Of a stretch of 64,000 nucleotides of DNA, positions 28,737 through 44,766 are shown in pieces. Source of the stretch: Eledone cirrhosa (lineage: Eukaryota); assembly GCA_964016885.1 (NCBI GenBank), contig OZ024743.1, forward strand, positions 119,908,001 through 119,972,000, in the 5' to 3' direction. Below the pieces are notes generated by a model. That model worked only from the letters and a program-made list of their open reading frames with translations. It did no database searches and was not told where the DNA came from. The position numbers were made by a program, and so were the translations under genes. Each line of letters opens with the position of its first letter. Position 1 is the stretch's first letter.

Positions 28737-28831
28737 ATAAAATCAAAAGATGGTTAAAAGAGTTCCATGTATTTTATTATGCGCATTTCAAAAACAGATA
28801 TCATCATGGGATGATATTTGCGTTCTCATCA

Positions 28832-28862
<31 letters not shown>

Positions 28863-29151
28863 ATAAATATATGAGTTTGTTTTTGTTTTTTTCTTACTCT
28901 AATCTTCATGTATTGAGTATATATAATATTGATTGTGACGAACCTCATTGTTACCAACAGGCATGCTCAATAATTATATATACAATTATATATACATGTG
29001 TGCGTGTGACTGTGTGTATAAATAAATATATGTGTGTGTGTGTGTGTGCGTGTGTGTACGTATATATATGCATATATATCCTTCAATCATCAATTTACTC
29101 TGTCTCTCACACTCTTTTTTCACACATTTATACTCACACGCATACACACAC

Positions 29152-29251
<100 letters not shown>

Positions 29252-30099
29252 ATGTTGGGCATCTATCATCTGGTCAGGTTGGGCATCTGGTTTCAGTAAT
29301 GTTGCCAGGCGCTCGCTGCAGTTAACCTCTACATTTAACGGAGGGCTAGAGAACAATGTGAATGGTGATTGTTTGGAAACGATTCTAGGGGATTTTCAGA
29401 TCAGGGATTATAGATAATTTCCAGGAGGCTTTATCTGTTCAGAATAAAATTTGCAGGAATCACCAGATTGATGGCACTTGTCCATAAAGCACGTAGAATG
29501 ACGCATCCATCCGAACTGAATTCGTCTAGTCTCCGTGTATTGCAGAATTGTGGGTTGATTTAGAACAACAGTTATCATGTACAGGATGTATCCGACTTCC
29601 AACCGGTTCTAGAGGGAGTATCAAAGCTCCACCGATTTATTTTGTCACTGGAGAGTGACAAATGAATGCTGTAGGTGTGAGTAGATATTGCCCTTATAGA
29701 TAACTGGTGACTTTAAAGACAGGATCCCAACCTCATCGTCTTTTATTTTCTAAAGATTTCCACTATCTATTATTATCGAACTTATCTCTTTTGCTTGATA
29801 ATCTCGGTTATTTTTCAACTTAATATATTACATATGTGAAGCCTTACAATTCCTTTTGTAACCGTGATTATTTCAATTTCTTTAATCTACTAAACATTTT
29901 GATAACTGAGTATGAATATGTAAAACACGCTTTATTGTTTATCCCGCCTAACCCTAGTTTAGTCAACCTGCGACCAAGGCATTCCAGTCATGACTGTCAT
30001 ATCTTTTCCTATATACCTGGAACCCAGAACTACGTTATCTAGTATGTGTTTTTTTTTGTTTTTTGTTTTGTTTCGTTTTTGTTTTTTGTTTAAGACGAT

Positions 30100-30160
30100 A
30101 TCGTTTGAGACAGATATAGCTGAAATTTCTAGCAGGTCTGGTGACTATACAGAGGCTGCT
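30100..30160 (-). mobile_element. Interspersed repeat/SINE body fragment (also 30645-30815 and 31570-31630 on +)
   Basis: Shared motif cact(t/c)gac(c/t)..ctaga(a/t)atagcagc.aaat. Confidence 0.5.
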
Positions 30161-31160
30161 CTGTTGGCTCATATTGGTTTTATACACACCTGAAGAAAGC
30201 ACTGCACTCTAAAACATGTAAGCTATTATAGTCCTGCAATATGGATGACGGAAAATACCTCAGGGAAGCGTTCTGGAAATTAGGTATTACAAGTTTTGTG
30301 CTGCTTCACTAACCAAGTGACGTGAAAACTAAACATAGTAAAAGAAAGCGTAAGAAAAAGAAAAGAAAGAAGCTGTAAGAGTTTCGCTTTAACTAACTTT
30401 CCGTTGGTTAATATCACAACTATGATGTGCGAAAATGCTTGTGTTACAGTATGGGTCATTAAAACAAGAATCAACAAACAAAATCCATTCAAAGCTGGGA
30501 ACATATTTTTAAACATACATTATATTTTTCTACGAAGTGAAAGAAAGAGAGAAGTGAAGATTCTGTGTTACGAAAGTGAAAAAGAAAACCCTTCGTTCAT
30601 ACAAAAATACATCAAACTAATCACAGACAATAAGGTAGCCTATACGTGTTCACTTGACTTCCTAGATATAGCAGCCAAATCCCCTTCAAATTAGAACCTC
30701 ACACGTTCGATATTTTAACCCTCTGATCCTTCTGGACATAGGAAAAGACGGAATAGTCACGACTGAAATGTCTTTTGTCATAGGTCTGCACGACCAGGGC
30801 TCACTTTAGGCTAAGCAACAACAACAACATCAACAACAACACCAACATCAACAACAGCAACAACAACAACAACATCAACAACAGCAACAACAACAACAAG
30901 AACAACAACAAGCAAACATATATTTCTATGTTTCTAGTTTGTTCTTATTTCCTACTACTTTTCTTTCTTCAAATTCTTCAAATTTTAAAAGGGCGGGGAA
31001 AGGTATCATTTCCTTTATACACACACCGCAAATCACAATTCTACCCATACACACGGAAAGTAGGGGATGAATTTCAAAGATGACTGAGACGCAGCATTGT
31101 ATTGCTAATGTCATGTGTTCGAACACCGGAACCATTCTTGGAGAGAACTGAAGCAACTAA

Positions 31161-31247
<87 letters not shown>

Positions 31248-31257
31248 TGTATGTACG

Positions 31258-31294
<37 letters not shown>

Positions 31295-31303
31295 TTATAT
31301 ATA

Positions 31304-31347
<44 letters not shown>

Positions 31348-31348
31348 A

Positions 31349-31418
<70 letters not shown>

Positions 31419-32039
31419 GTATATATATTAACGGTACAGATGTTCAGAAAAAGATAAAACAATTATATAAAATAGAGGAAGTATACAAAAAAGAGATCAG
31501 TTACAATTTCAAAAAAGCATTGCCCATGACCAACCCTTACTTAACATGAGCTAACGAGGGAGCGCCTAGGTGGTCACTCAACCTAGTAGAAATAGCAGCA
31601 AAATTTCACTCAAATTACACCACTCTACTAGAGATTCCTGGTTAATACAATTTAAGATACATAAGATGGGTTCGCCATGGGAGGGATGTCTTTGCAGGGG
31701 ATCAACAACATTGACATTATGTTGGAGATAACAGCAAAAATTCACATCAAACCAAACGACAGGGCTCGTAAAATAATCTAATCCTACGCAACCCCACAAA
31801 ATGGGATTATTATAGAATGCCTTTGAAAAAGTATCCGACTTTATTTTCCCCATGAGGAGTAATAATATTAGGGAAACGAAAGTGTGCAGAGTGGATCCAC
31901 AGACATACACTCGCATGCCTGGTTTTGGGAGATTTTGTTGGGTGCGTTAGTCGCTGTTGGGCAGTCAGCTTGTGGTGTGCTGTACTACTTACTCGTCGCA
32001 TTAACGAAGATCGTGAGTTCCCGACTACCGTGAGAGATA

Positions 32040-32220
32040 TGGAAACCATGGATCTGCAAGCACAGTGGAGGCATCCAACGTTGACAAGGCACAAAAAAGC
32101 AAGTCAAGTGCGGTACAAAACCAAGGTGGTGTTGACTATTTTCTTCGACTACCAAGATGTTGCGACTCAAGAATACGCTCTAGAAGGACAGACAGTTACA
32201 AAGCATTATTATCAGGAAGT
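32040..32220 (+). mobile_element. mariner transposase fragment
   Basis: QWRHP...KKASQVRYKTKVVLTIFFDYQDV..QEYALEGQTVTKHYY resembles the mariner catalytic domain. Confidence 0.8.
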
Positions 32221-32758
32221 CCCCCCACCCCCACGCCCCACGTCTTCTTCAACAGACCTCGGTGGTCAGTTTGATCAGGATTCACATGCGCTAAAGAACA
32301 ACATGGAAAACAACAGCGACATAAGAACAACTAACAACGCCAGTAGCAACAAAAATAGCCGCAATGACAACAATAACGACGAAAATGTCAGCCGTTGACT
32401 ACAATAAATGACGTATATAGACAGATAAACAAGTATGCAGATATGTAGACAGACATGCATTGAGCAACGTTTTCTACTAAGGCAAACTTTTGAACTGGTT
32501 GCACTGATGGAAAAGGCAGTGACAAGAAAGGGTTGTCACCAATCAAATTCAGAACAGTGTGTATTTCAGAGTAAGGCGTTGAATTAGCCAGCTTGTTCCA
32601 GCGCATTTATTCCAGTACCATGCATTCTGAGTTCAGACTTTGTTGGGACAAATTTATCCTGCTGATGATCGATAAATAATGTCCAAGTATAAGGTGGTGG
32701 AATGGTGGAATCGTTATACCTATACATACTTGAATATATACATACACACAACTATATG

Positions 32759-32817
<59 letters not shown>

Positions 32818-32878
32818 ACTGAGTGCTCTACTTCTACGGATATAACACTTCAGTGTTCTACTGTTATATATATATATA

Positions 32879-32970
<92 letters not shown>

Positions 32971-32999
32971 TATATATACACACATATATATATATATAT

Positions 33000-33045
<46 letters not shown>

Positions 33046-33104
33046 AGGATCCGCATAAGGTGAACATTTCTTCTCGGTATGGCGAACTAACTATTGTGGA
33101 ATTA

Positions 33105-33176
<72 letters not shown>

Positions 33177-34019
33177 CGCACACACGAGATGTCTTGCGGT
33201 ATTTATTTTAGCTGTTAGCTGAGTTCAAATCCTGCTACGGTGGCATATTTAATCAGCCACTCTGTTTAATCCCGCCCCCACCTACTAATCATCGAATGGC
33301 ATACGCGATGTCCGCACTATTACAAGCTTTCCGGCTATATCTCTAGTTTGATGATAGATTTCTAGCTTCCCTTTCAGTTGTTTCGGAGGCCATGAAAATG
33401 ATACTGGTACTGTCGTTCCTCCTGACTCATTAATTAAATAAAATTGCACGATTACGTGACCATTCTAGCAGTTTTAGTATTTTAAGAATGACAACAAAAA
33501 ATATTAAGAATCCTCGAGACATTAATTTTCAAGCAGTGAACGCAGCATGTCCGAATGGTTAAAATGTTTGCTTCGCAATCCCGTATAAACGAAAGGAGTT
33601 TTAACTCAGAACGTAAAGATTTAGACTAAATTCCACAACTCGTTTTGTCCGAGTCTACTAATCCATTGCTACTTCCGTAATAAACATACTCTCATTTTAT
33701 CTTCAAAGCATTCATATTGTGCATTTAATATTAATGAGCGTAGAAAACCCCGTATGATATTATTTTGGTGATGCACCAAGTTCCTTCACGAGGAACACAC
33801 CAATATGCCGCCTCAAATCATTTGGAATCCCTAACAATCAGAGAATCGTGGTAGAGGTTGTAGTAGAGATGGTGATGATGATGGAAGTAATAGTGGTGTT
33901 AGAGAGAGAGTAGTGTTAGTGATGGTTTAATTTGTCACTCTCACTTACTCTCCCCGTCTCTCTCTCACTCACTCTTTTTCCTTCACCCCTCTCTCTTACT
34001 CACTCTTTCTCCTTCTGTC

Positions 34020-34066
<47 letters not shown>

Positions 34067-34259
34067 AACCTTATTGAAACTGGTATTAAGCGGCATATGA
34101 AGGTTTAACATTTAATTTAGTTTAAGTCTATTTGCTATTAATACTAAATATTTTACTTTTTTATTGTTGCTGTTGCTGTAGTTTAACACTTGATCGAGCA
34201 AACCTTAGGTCAACGTGTACATCACGTATTTTCCCTATGAACACAGAATGTAAACACAG

Positions 34260-34622
34260 AATGTAAAATAAAATAAAATAAATAAGTCAAATATTTAAAA
34301 TTTGGCTTCGTTTATTACTGCTATATATATTTCGGTGACAGCCATCTTTGGCTGTAACCTCTTCAGGCAGTCCGAATTAGTAACAAAGTTAAACACCTCA
34401 ACAACATGGGTACTCGTCTCGGACTGCCTGAAGAGGTTACAGCCAAAGATGGCTGTCACCGAAATATATATAGCAGTAATAAACGAAGCCAAATTTTAAA
34501 TATTTGACTTATTTATTTTATTTTATTTTACATTACTCCGGAGTAACGAAACCAACCTGCGCACTTCGTCGAATGCTTCAATCTGCATACTGAGGTGTCG
34601 GTAAACAACCAACATATACTCA
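34260..34622. mobile_element. Second copy of the 11262 family: inverted repeat (arms about 115 bp, 43-bp spacer) plus the shared 3' tail
   Basis: HHRs at 34317-34371(-) and 34423-34477(+); the tail matches 11708-11795. Confidence 0.88.
34423..34477 (+). ncRNA. Minimal type I hammerhead ribozyme with canonical core
   Basis: actgc-CTGAAGA-ggttacagcca/tggctgtcacc-GAAA-tatata-TA^gcagt. Confidence 0.82.
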
Positions 34623-34624
34623 AT

Positions 34625-35427
<803 letters not shown>

Positions 35428-35792
35428 TTCTTTCTCTCTCTCTTATTTCTAATTCAAATATCCGGCCTTGTAACAGAAGGTCACTCTAATTCGATCTAAG
35501 AATTGCTTTCAGAGTATATGTTTGCAGAATACTTACCCGAATACAAATGACTTTCACGAATAAGAATTCTGTAAATCAAATAACGAAATGTTCATCGCCG
35601 TCGTCGAGACAAACAGAGAATCATCCAGTGATAATCATTGCATTACATATACAATTCATCCGTCTAACCAATATCACTGACAGGGCTGAGATAAATCCGA
35701 TGCTCTGCTAGTCCGATGTAGTTGACCAAGGATTGAACCAGAGACTTCATATTTGTAAAGCATAATCCTTAACTAATATAAGGCTTATAAAC

Positions 35793-35804
35793 ATACTACT
35801 ACTA

Positions 35805-35890
<86 letters not shown>

Positions 35891-35987
35891 ACTCCTACTA
35901 CTGCTACGACTGCTACTACTGCTACTACTACTACTACTGCTACTACTACTACTACTACTACTACTACTAATATTATTACTACTACTT

Positions 35988-36026
<39 letters not shown>
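35793..36026. repeat. (CTA)n/(CTG)n microsatellite
   Basis: Direct reading. Confidence 0.95.
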
Positions 36027-36027
<1 letters not shown>

Positions 36028-36464
36028 ACTATCTCTTCGCATCCTCTCATTCTTTTTCTCAAGACTCCTTTCAGCTTAATCAAAAAGGAAAGCAAATGGA
36101 ATAACTTTCTTTTACTTTCACTTGTTTCCTCCCACCTTTCCTTTGAAGTTTTGTCCATCTTCTTTCTCCTCCCCATCTGCTTTCTACCCCTAACCGTTCC
36201 TACCACTTCGCACTTCTCTCGTTTCAAATATCGTTTCCCTTCAAGGTTTTTTTCTTTTCATATCACCGAAAAGAAATCCTGCCGAACGATTCAATCCAGA
36301 AACTGTGGCGAGATGACAAGGCTGCTGGAAATTCAATTCAATCAACTGGAAGAAAACATTCCCTACAAGTCACTGCGTTCAGATTTACTTGCATTTTTGT
36401 ATGGTTATGTATGTATGTATGTAGTTGAATATGTGTGTCTAAATATGCCTGTATGAAGGAGACA

Positions 36465-36537
<73 letters not shown>

Positions 36538-36844
36538 TTTAAGTGTGTGGGAAAGAGAGTCATGTATGTGTGTGCTAGGGAATGGTCGAGTTCGATCCTA
36601 TTCTAGAGCCCTTTGGATACCTTAGATACCATGGGAAAGATCCTTCCACCATTGTTTTGCATTGATCAAAGTTTTGTGATTGAAATTTTGTAGTCCGGAA
36701 AAAAGCTTATTGTATAGACTGTACGTCTAAATCCTAAGGCCAGCCGTATTGCACACTCCCCCCCCCCTCTCTCCCCCTCACTATCTCTCCTCACGCTCTC
36801 TCCATACACACACACACATGCACACGCACACACAGACACACACA

Positions 36845-36900
<56 letters not shown>

Positions 36901-36904
36901 AAAA

Positions 36905-37030
36905 GGCGCATGGCTGAGTGGTTAAGAGAATTGGATTCACAATCTTGAGGCTGTGAGTTCGATTTCTGGACCGGACGATGCGTTATGTCCTTGAACAAGA
37001 CACTTTATTTCACGTTGCTCCTTCTACCTG
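36905..37030 (+). mobile_element. tRNA-derived SINE head (family B); degenerate relative at about 53300-53395
   Basis: TGGCTGAGTGG A box, GAGTTCGATT B box, then gtccttgaacaagacactt. Confidence 0.75.
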
Positions 37031-37139
37031 GAGTTGCGACCGATAGATAGTATTAGCAATTAGAAAGACCAATGGAAACATTGCTTCCTCGGTCCGATTT
37101 GACGAAAGTCGATCGATAAAAAAATATGTGTGTGTGTGG

Positions 37140-37178
<39 letters not shown>

Positions 37179-37207
37179 TGTGTGTGTGTGTCTGTGTGTG
37201 TGTGTGT

Positions 37208-37288
<81 letters not shown>

Positions 37289-37412
37289 TGAAGATCCTTC
37301 CAATGCAGAGTGGGGTTCGATCTGTAACAGAACTTGCCTCGAGCTGATCGACGGAGAAACATATGTAATATGTTAATAAATGTGATTTGATGCAACACTG
37401 ATTCCTCGTTCT

Positions 37413-37522
<110 letters not shown>

Positions 37523-37677
37523 GTAAACAGAAATAACAACACAATCGGTACAGTATATGGAAGGGATATATTAGGTTAACGCTTGATATAGCAGGAAGAG
37601 GGTCTTAACGTTTCAGACGCTTCTATGTCTGCATGTATGTAAGTATGTCTGCATGTACTATGTATGTGTGTATGTTA

Positions 37678-38420
37678 TCTGTTTCTTAATTTCGAGTACA
37701 TTTTTGGCCGGCCACCTTCCTGGTGGCAAGGTTGAAAAAGAACAGGAATTGTCATCCCTTGAATCGCAAGAATGTTTTGCAAATTTTGAAAGTTCCAGAT
37801 ATCGCAGCTATTTGTAGTCTATGAATTAGTGAGCTGCACTCTTTGTCCACAAATCCAAGTTCAGTTATACATTAGTCCAAGTGGGTTGGTATATAACCTG
37901 TAGCTCCAATAATGATGGGTATGAAGCTGAAGGTCTATCTTGGATACTGGATCTGCAAACTCGTAATCAGTGGTCCGAAGATGTCCTCCTTCCCCTATAT
38001 TTTGCTTACAACGTTGACATCAAGTGGGCAGGTGGTCTCTATAACAGAGCACGTTTTCAATGTGTGGTTCCAAACAATAATATCGGGCCGGTTGTGCTTT
38101 AATTTGGTGGCAGTTTTTATTTTCAGGTTCCACCAGTATTCCTTAGTGCCATCTGTCTAAAAACATTCCTCATCATTTGTTTTTAATTTTGTTTTCCTGA
38201 GAGCGTTGCAGATGGTTCTAGCAATCACATCGTGTTTCCCTGGTAGGTAGTAACGAGACATTCTTTCACTGTTGGCAACAATGTGGCTAACATCTTCGAT
38301 CTTTGTTTTACATAGCCCATATTTATTGTCGACTGATAGCTCTCCTCTTTTGTGTAGTAAATATTTGGTAGGGATTTCTTGTTCCTGTGTTGCATAGAGA
38401 TATCCTTCAAGGTGGGATGT
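37678..38420 (-). mobile_element. R4/Dong-type LINE 3' fragment
   Basis: Reverse complement of about 41195-41945; (TATG)n on both sides. Confidence 0.88.
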
Positions 38421-39135
38421 ATGTGTGTGTGTATGTATGTATGTATGTATGTATGTATGTATGTATGTATGTATGTATGTATGTATGTATGTATGTATGT
38501 GTGTATATATGTATGTTATAGCTACTGTCGCTCAGACAGTGGGATTGGCTCAATGCACAGTCTTTCCTCACTTTAAAAAGATCTTCACACACAGGCATTG
38601 CACGATAGAATTAATTAATAATTATTAATAATGGTATATCGTGCAATGGCCATACTCGATAACGAGGGGGCAACCATTATCATGTATGTTTGTATGTATG
38701 TACGTATGTTTGTATGTATGTATGTATGTATGTATGTAAGTATGTTTGTATGTATGTTCCTATGCATGTATACCAATAAAATCACGTTTTAATGTTATTC
38801 AGTTAACTAATCCATTATGCGGTTAGTTTAGTAAAAGCTCTATCGTCACAGATTCTATGAGAGTCTTGCTCCCCTGTGTCTCCGCTTCGTTTTTATATTG
38901 TTTTATATACTCCAACCAGAAATATGTCCTATAAGACATCGTATAGCATATCCTATAGAAGAAAACTACTTACTATACTCGTGGTATTTGTCTAACCACG
39001 CATCCTCAGATTTACATTCCTCACTGGGTCTTTCTCCGCACTTCGTCAATGAATATCTTTTTCTCCACCATTTCTCTTCATCATTCATTATCTTCTAAAA
39101 AGAAGTGTGCATAAACACACATACACACTTATATA

Positions 39136-39356
<221 letters not shown>

Positions 39357-39386
39357 CTTATAGTTGTGTGTATGTATATATGCATG

Positions 39387-39464
<78 letters not shown>

Positions 39465-39707
39465 TATATATATATTATGTTTCATGTTTGCTTCACTTCC
39501 TCACAGAGAACTCAAGCTACTGGGTATTTGTTCAGGTATAAAGTAACAGGGATAACGAAAAGAAAACTAACCTACAAACGCACTTTCATATAAATGAAAC
39601 ATAGATACACACAAACATACATACATATATGCATACATACATACATACATACATACATACATACATACATACATACATACATACATACATACATACATAC
39701 ATGCATA

Positions 39708-41946
39708 CAGCTGTTTACAGAAACCATTAAGGGCACACAAGAACTGCCCAGATGGTTATCAACTGCCACTACTCTCCTCATTCCCAAAAATAGCCAAACC
39801 ACCCTTGCTAAAAATTACCGCCCAATTGCCTGCCAAAACATCATGTATAAATTATATACTGGGTGCCTTAACCTGTTCTTACAGAATCACTGTGCTACCA
39901 ACAACATCATAACACCTGAGCAAGCTGGTGGAAAGAGGGAGGTGTGGGGTTGCATAGATCACCTACTAACTAACAAAATGATTCAGGAAAAAACAACAAA
40001 GAATCGCAGAAACATGACTGTCGTGTGGCTGGACTATCAAAAAGCATTTGATAGTGTACCTCATGGGTGGATTATTAATGCTTTACTGTTAGCTAAAGTC
40101 CCACAACCATTGGTAGCTGTTGTTGAACGCCTGACCAAGAACTGGTACACCAATTTGATCCTTAGAGGTGAGAAGGAGCAGGTTAAGACTGATAAGATAC
40201 ATTACCAGAAGGGCATCTTTTAGGGTGATAGCTTGTCAGTGCTACTCTTCGTTCTCTCACTAAATCCACTATCTTACCTACTTAGGAAACAAGGTGGACA
40301 AAGAAGTAGGTCCAGAAGTATCTCCCATCTTTTCTTTGTTGATGACCTGAAGTTGTATGGGCCAAATATCAATGACATCAAGAAACAATTGGACCTCATT
40401 ACACAATTTTCAACTGACATCAAAATGAAATTTGGTGAGTCCAAGTGTGCATATTTGGCAGTAAAACGTGGAAGAGCTGTGCCCTCCTCTAGAAATCTAT
40501 GATGAACGGCCTGACAATACAACCTCTGCAGTCAGGTGACAACTACAGATATCTTGGACAGGATGAGAATGTCAGATATGATGGACCCATAAATAAGGAG
40601 AGAACCAGAACTGAATACCTCAGAAGAGTAAAGAAAATATGGTCATCAGAACTGTCAGCATACAACAAATACATTGCCCACAATACTTATGCTGTGCCAA
40701 TTCTAACGCCAACATTTGGCCTACTGAACTGGTCATTGCAAGAACTAAGTGAGATGGATGTTAGAACTCGAAAACTTCTCAGTGTTACTGGGAACTTTAA
40801 CATCAATGGTGATGTGGATAGGCTATACTTCTCACGCAAGGAAGGTGGCGGGGTCTAAAATCAATATTAACAACATATGAGACCCGGATAGTAACACTGA
40901 AGCAACACCTTCAACAGAGGAAAAAGGTTGGCAACCATCTTTCCCAGGTTTATGACCATGAAAAAAGAAATATCATTAGAATAGCGACTGATCTGGAGGA
41001 GAGATATGGAATAAAGCCTGATATAAATCTCTCACCCAGAGAAATCGGAAGATCCTATTCAATGTTCAAACAAGATTAAAAAATTGACCAATTTACAGAA
41101 AAAGTTGTGCATGGATACTTGAGGCGTAAAACACAGACCATAGAGGGGATAAACCACTCAAAAAGCCTGGCATGGAGTTCCGACAAGTTTATGACATCAC
41201 ACCTTGAGGGATATCTCTATGCAATACAGGAACAAGAACTCCCTACCAAATATCTGCTGCACAAAAGAGGAGGGCCAGCAGCTGACAATAAATGTAGGCT
41301 ATGTAAAACAAAGATCGAGGATGTAAGCCACATTGTTGCCAGCTGCGAAAGAATGTCATCTCGCTACTACCTCCCCATGAGCCACGATGGGATAGCTAGA
41401 ACCATCTGGAACCCACTTCGGAAAACAAAATTAACAACAAACGAGGAAGAATATATTGAGACAGATGGCACTAAGGAATACTGGTGGAACCTGAAAATAA
41501 AAACTGCCACCAAATTAAAGCACAACCGGCCTGATATTGTAGTTTGGGACCACACATTGAAAACGTGTTCTGTTGTGGAGATCAGCTGCCCACTTGATGT
41601 AAACGTTGTCAGAAAAATACAGGAGAAGGAGGACATCTACGGACCATTGATGAGGAGTTTACAAATCCAGTATCCAAAATACACCTTTAGCTTCATACCC
41701 ATCATTATTGGTGCTACGGGTTATATACCAACCCGCTTGGACCAAAGTATGACTGAACTTGGATTTGCGGACAAAAAGCGCAGCTCCCTAATTCATAGTC
41801 TACAAATGGTTACGATAGCTGGCACCTTCAAAATTTGCAAAACATTCTTGCGATTCAAGGGATGACAATTTCTTTTCTTTTACAACCTTGCCACCAGGAA
41901 TGTGGCCGGTCAAAAAAATATACTCGAAATTAAGAGAAAGAGAAAA
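39708..41946 (+). mobile_element. 5'-truncated R4/Dong-type LINE (RT + RLE) with stops and frameshifts
   Basis: NYRPIAC, WLDYQKAFDSVPH, GIF*GDSLS, LFFVDDLKLY, CRLC..HIVASC, NRPDI..VEISCP; (TACA)n flanks. Confidence 0.92.
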
Positions 41947-42370
41947 CATACATACATACATACATACATACAAACATACATACATACATACATACATACA
42001 TACATACATACATACATGCATGCATGCATACATACATACATACATACATACATACATACATACATACATACATGCATACATACATACACACATACATACA
42101 TACATACATGCATGCATACATACATACATACATACATACATACATACATACATACATACATACATACATACATACATGATGGCTGCCCCCTCGTTATCGA
42201 GTATGGCCATTGCAGGAGAAGAAGAAAAAAATAAAATAAAATAAATAAATAAAAAATAAAAAATAAAAAATAAAAAGTAAATAAAATAAAAAAATAAATA
42301 AATAAATAAAATAAAATAAAATAAAATTATAATAATAATAATAATAATAAATAAATAAATAAAAAAAGAA

Positions 42371-42401
<31 letters not shown>

Positions 42402-42469
42402 CATACATATATACATACACACATACATACACATACACACACACATATACACACACATACATTAATAAC

Positions 42470-42503
<34 letters not shown>

Positions 42504-42604
42504 GCAATAATAATAATAACGACAACAAGAATAATAATATACATATTCATATATATATACACACACACGCACGCACATAAGCATATCTACACACACACGA
42601 TAGC

Positions 42605-44645
42605 AACTAACAGTGCTGCGATCGAATGTGGCTTTTTAGCCCAGCCAATGATCTAAAATGTCTTGCACAGAGTCGGCAACCAAAACATTCACTCGGAATA
42701 GTCGGCTGTGGTTGGAGTTCGTGTACTTTTGCATGTCGCTTGAGCCCTCCTGCTGATTTACATTCTCTACCACATGTTTGGCAAGCATGATGAGTAGCAT
42801 CTCCAACAGCAGCCTGGTTGTCAACCACTGGTCTTACTTTATGACTGAGAAGATGCCTTTCGAGTCCAGCTTTGCTTAGGCAGAGTCTCGCACAGACGCT
42901 GCATGTCAGCACCATAGGAGGACCCTCGCCGTCTGGAAGTGCAACAGCAATGCCCTTCCTCACATCCCGCTTTACTTTCTCGTGTGCGATTCGAGATGCC
43001 TCAAAGGCAAATTTTCCCTCATATACAGTCTTTCTCCATTTATTACGATCAGCAGCAACATTTTCCCATGTATCAGCAGAGATGTTAGCGTCTTTCAGAG
43101 AGGCTTTCAAGGAATCCTTATACCTCTTTTTGGTTTATGTGGCGGTCGTTTTCCTTTAACCAACTCTCCATGGAAGAGTTGTTTTGGTATTCTAGAATCC
43201 TTCATTCTGGCAAGGTGACCACTCCAACGGAGTCGTTGCTTAAGCACAAGAGCTTCTATACTGTCACACATATAGCTTTCCAAAATCTCGACATCACTGA
43301 TGAGGTCCCTCCAGTGAACGCCATGGATCCGTCTGAGACACATCTGATGGAAACGCTCCAATTGCTTAAGGTGGTGTCGATATGTGACCCAGGTCTCGCA
43401 GGCATAAAGAAGACAAGAGAGTACACATGCCCTGTACACCTTTACCTTTGTCCTCCTGCATATGTCTCGCCGACCCCAGAGTCGCCTTTCTAGCTTTCCG
43501 AAAGCATCACTTGCTTTCCTAATTCTAAGTGAGATTTCACTGTCAAGGTTGCCGTATCGATTGACAGTGCTTCCCAGGTAAACAAACTGATCAACCACTC
43601 CAAGTCGTTTGCCATACACATAGATGTTTGGTTCAGTGTACTGCTTACTAGGGGCAGGTTGGTACATGACGACGGTTTTCTTGAGACTGACAGTCAAACC
43701 CAGGGCAGTGCAAGCGTCAGAAAATGCATTCAAAATGTGCTGCATATCACTCTCTGTGTGCGCTACAAGATCGCAATCATCTGCATACAAGAGGTCTCTT
43801 ATGATTGATGTAAATACTTTTGTCTTCTCAGCAAAGCGTCTGATGTTAAATATGCTGCCTGAGGTTCGATATCGGATGTAAACACCATACTCGCAATTCC
43901 TGAATGCAATACAGAAAACCATTGCAAAGTATATGGCAAACAGGGTCGGTTTGCCATATACTTTTTTACTGAGATAGGCTCCGACATGTTACCTCCGACA
44001 TTAACCCAAGCCTTCATGTCGTCATGGAAAGACCTAACTAAAGCAAGGAACTTATCAGGGCAACCAAGTTTCTGGAGAACCTTCCATAATGCATCTCTGT
44101 TGACAGTATCGAAAGCCTTTGTCAGATCGACAAAAACCTGATACAGATCCAAGCCTTGTTCAATGCACTTCTCCTGGAGCTGTCTAGCTGAGAAGATCAT
44201 ATCAGTAGTGCCGCGTCCAGCACGAAAACCAGATTGACTTTCAGGAAGAACACAATCTGCAATGTGTGTCAGCAGACGGTCCAGAAGCACCCTACATAAA
44301 ACTTTCCCTACTACAGAAAGCAATGATATACCTCTGTAGTTCCCACAATCATTCCTGTTACCCTTTCCCTTGTACAAGACCACCATTACTGCATCTCTCC
44401 AGTCCTCAGGTACGGATTCATTAGCCCATATCCTTCCAAACAAAGAGTGCAGATGTTGCAGGAGTCTCTCACCACCATATTGTAGGAGCTCAGCATGTAT
44501 GCCATCCATACCTGGAGATCTTCCACTGTTCAGCTTCGAAATAGCCACTGCAACCTCCACAAGCGTCGGAGGTTCTGCGAGAGCTACTTTCACAGGACTT
44601 TCTGGAATGAGATTAAGGAAATCTTCACTGACGACAGACGGCTAA
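42605..44645 (-). mobile_element. RTE (BovB-like) LINE fragment: RT plus three C2H2 fingers
   Basis: NYRGISLL, FVDLTKAFDTVNR, LLYADD, YLGS, LRWSGHL; two frameshifts. Confidence 0.9.
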
Positions 44646-44766
44646 TTCAAATACATACATACATACATACATACATACATACATACATACATACATACAT
44701 ACATACATACATACATACATACATACATACATACATACATACATACATACATGCATACACACATAC

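Noticed and set aside
29280-29730. Possible decayed LINE RT fragment on the minus strand
   Set aside because: Too degenerate to support with a clear motif
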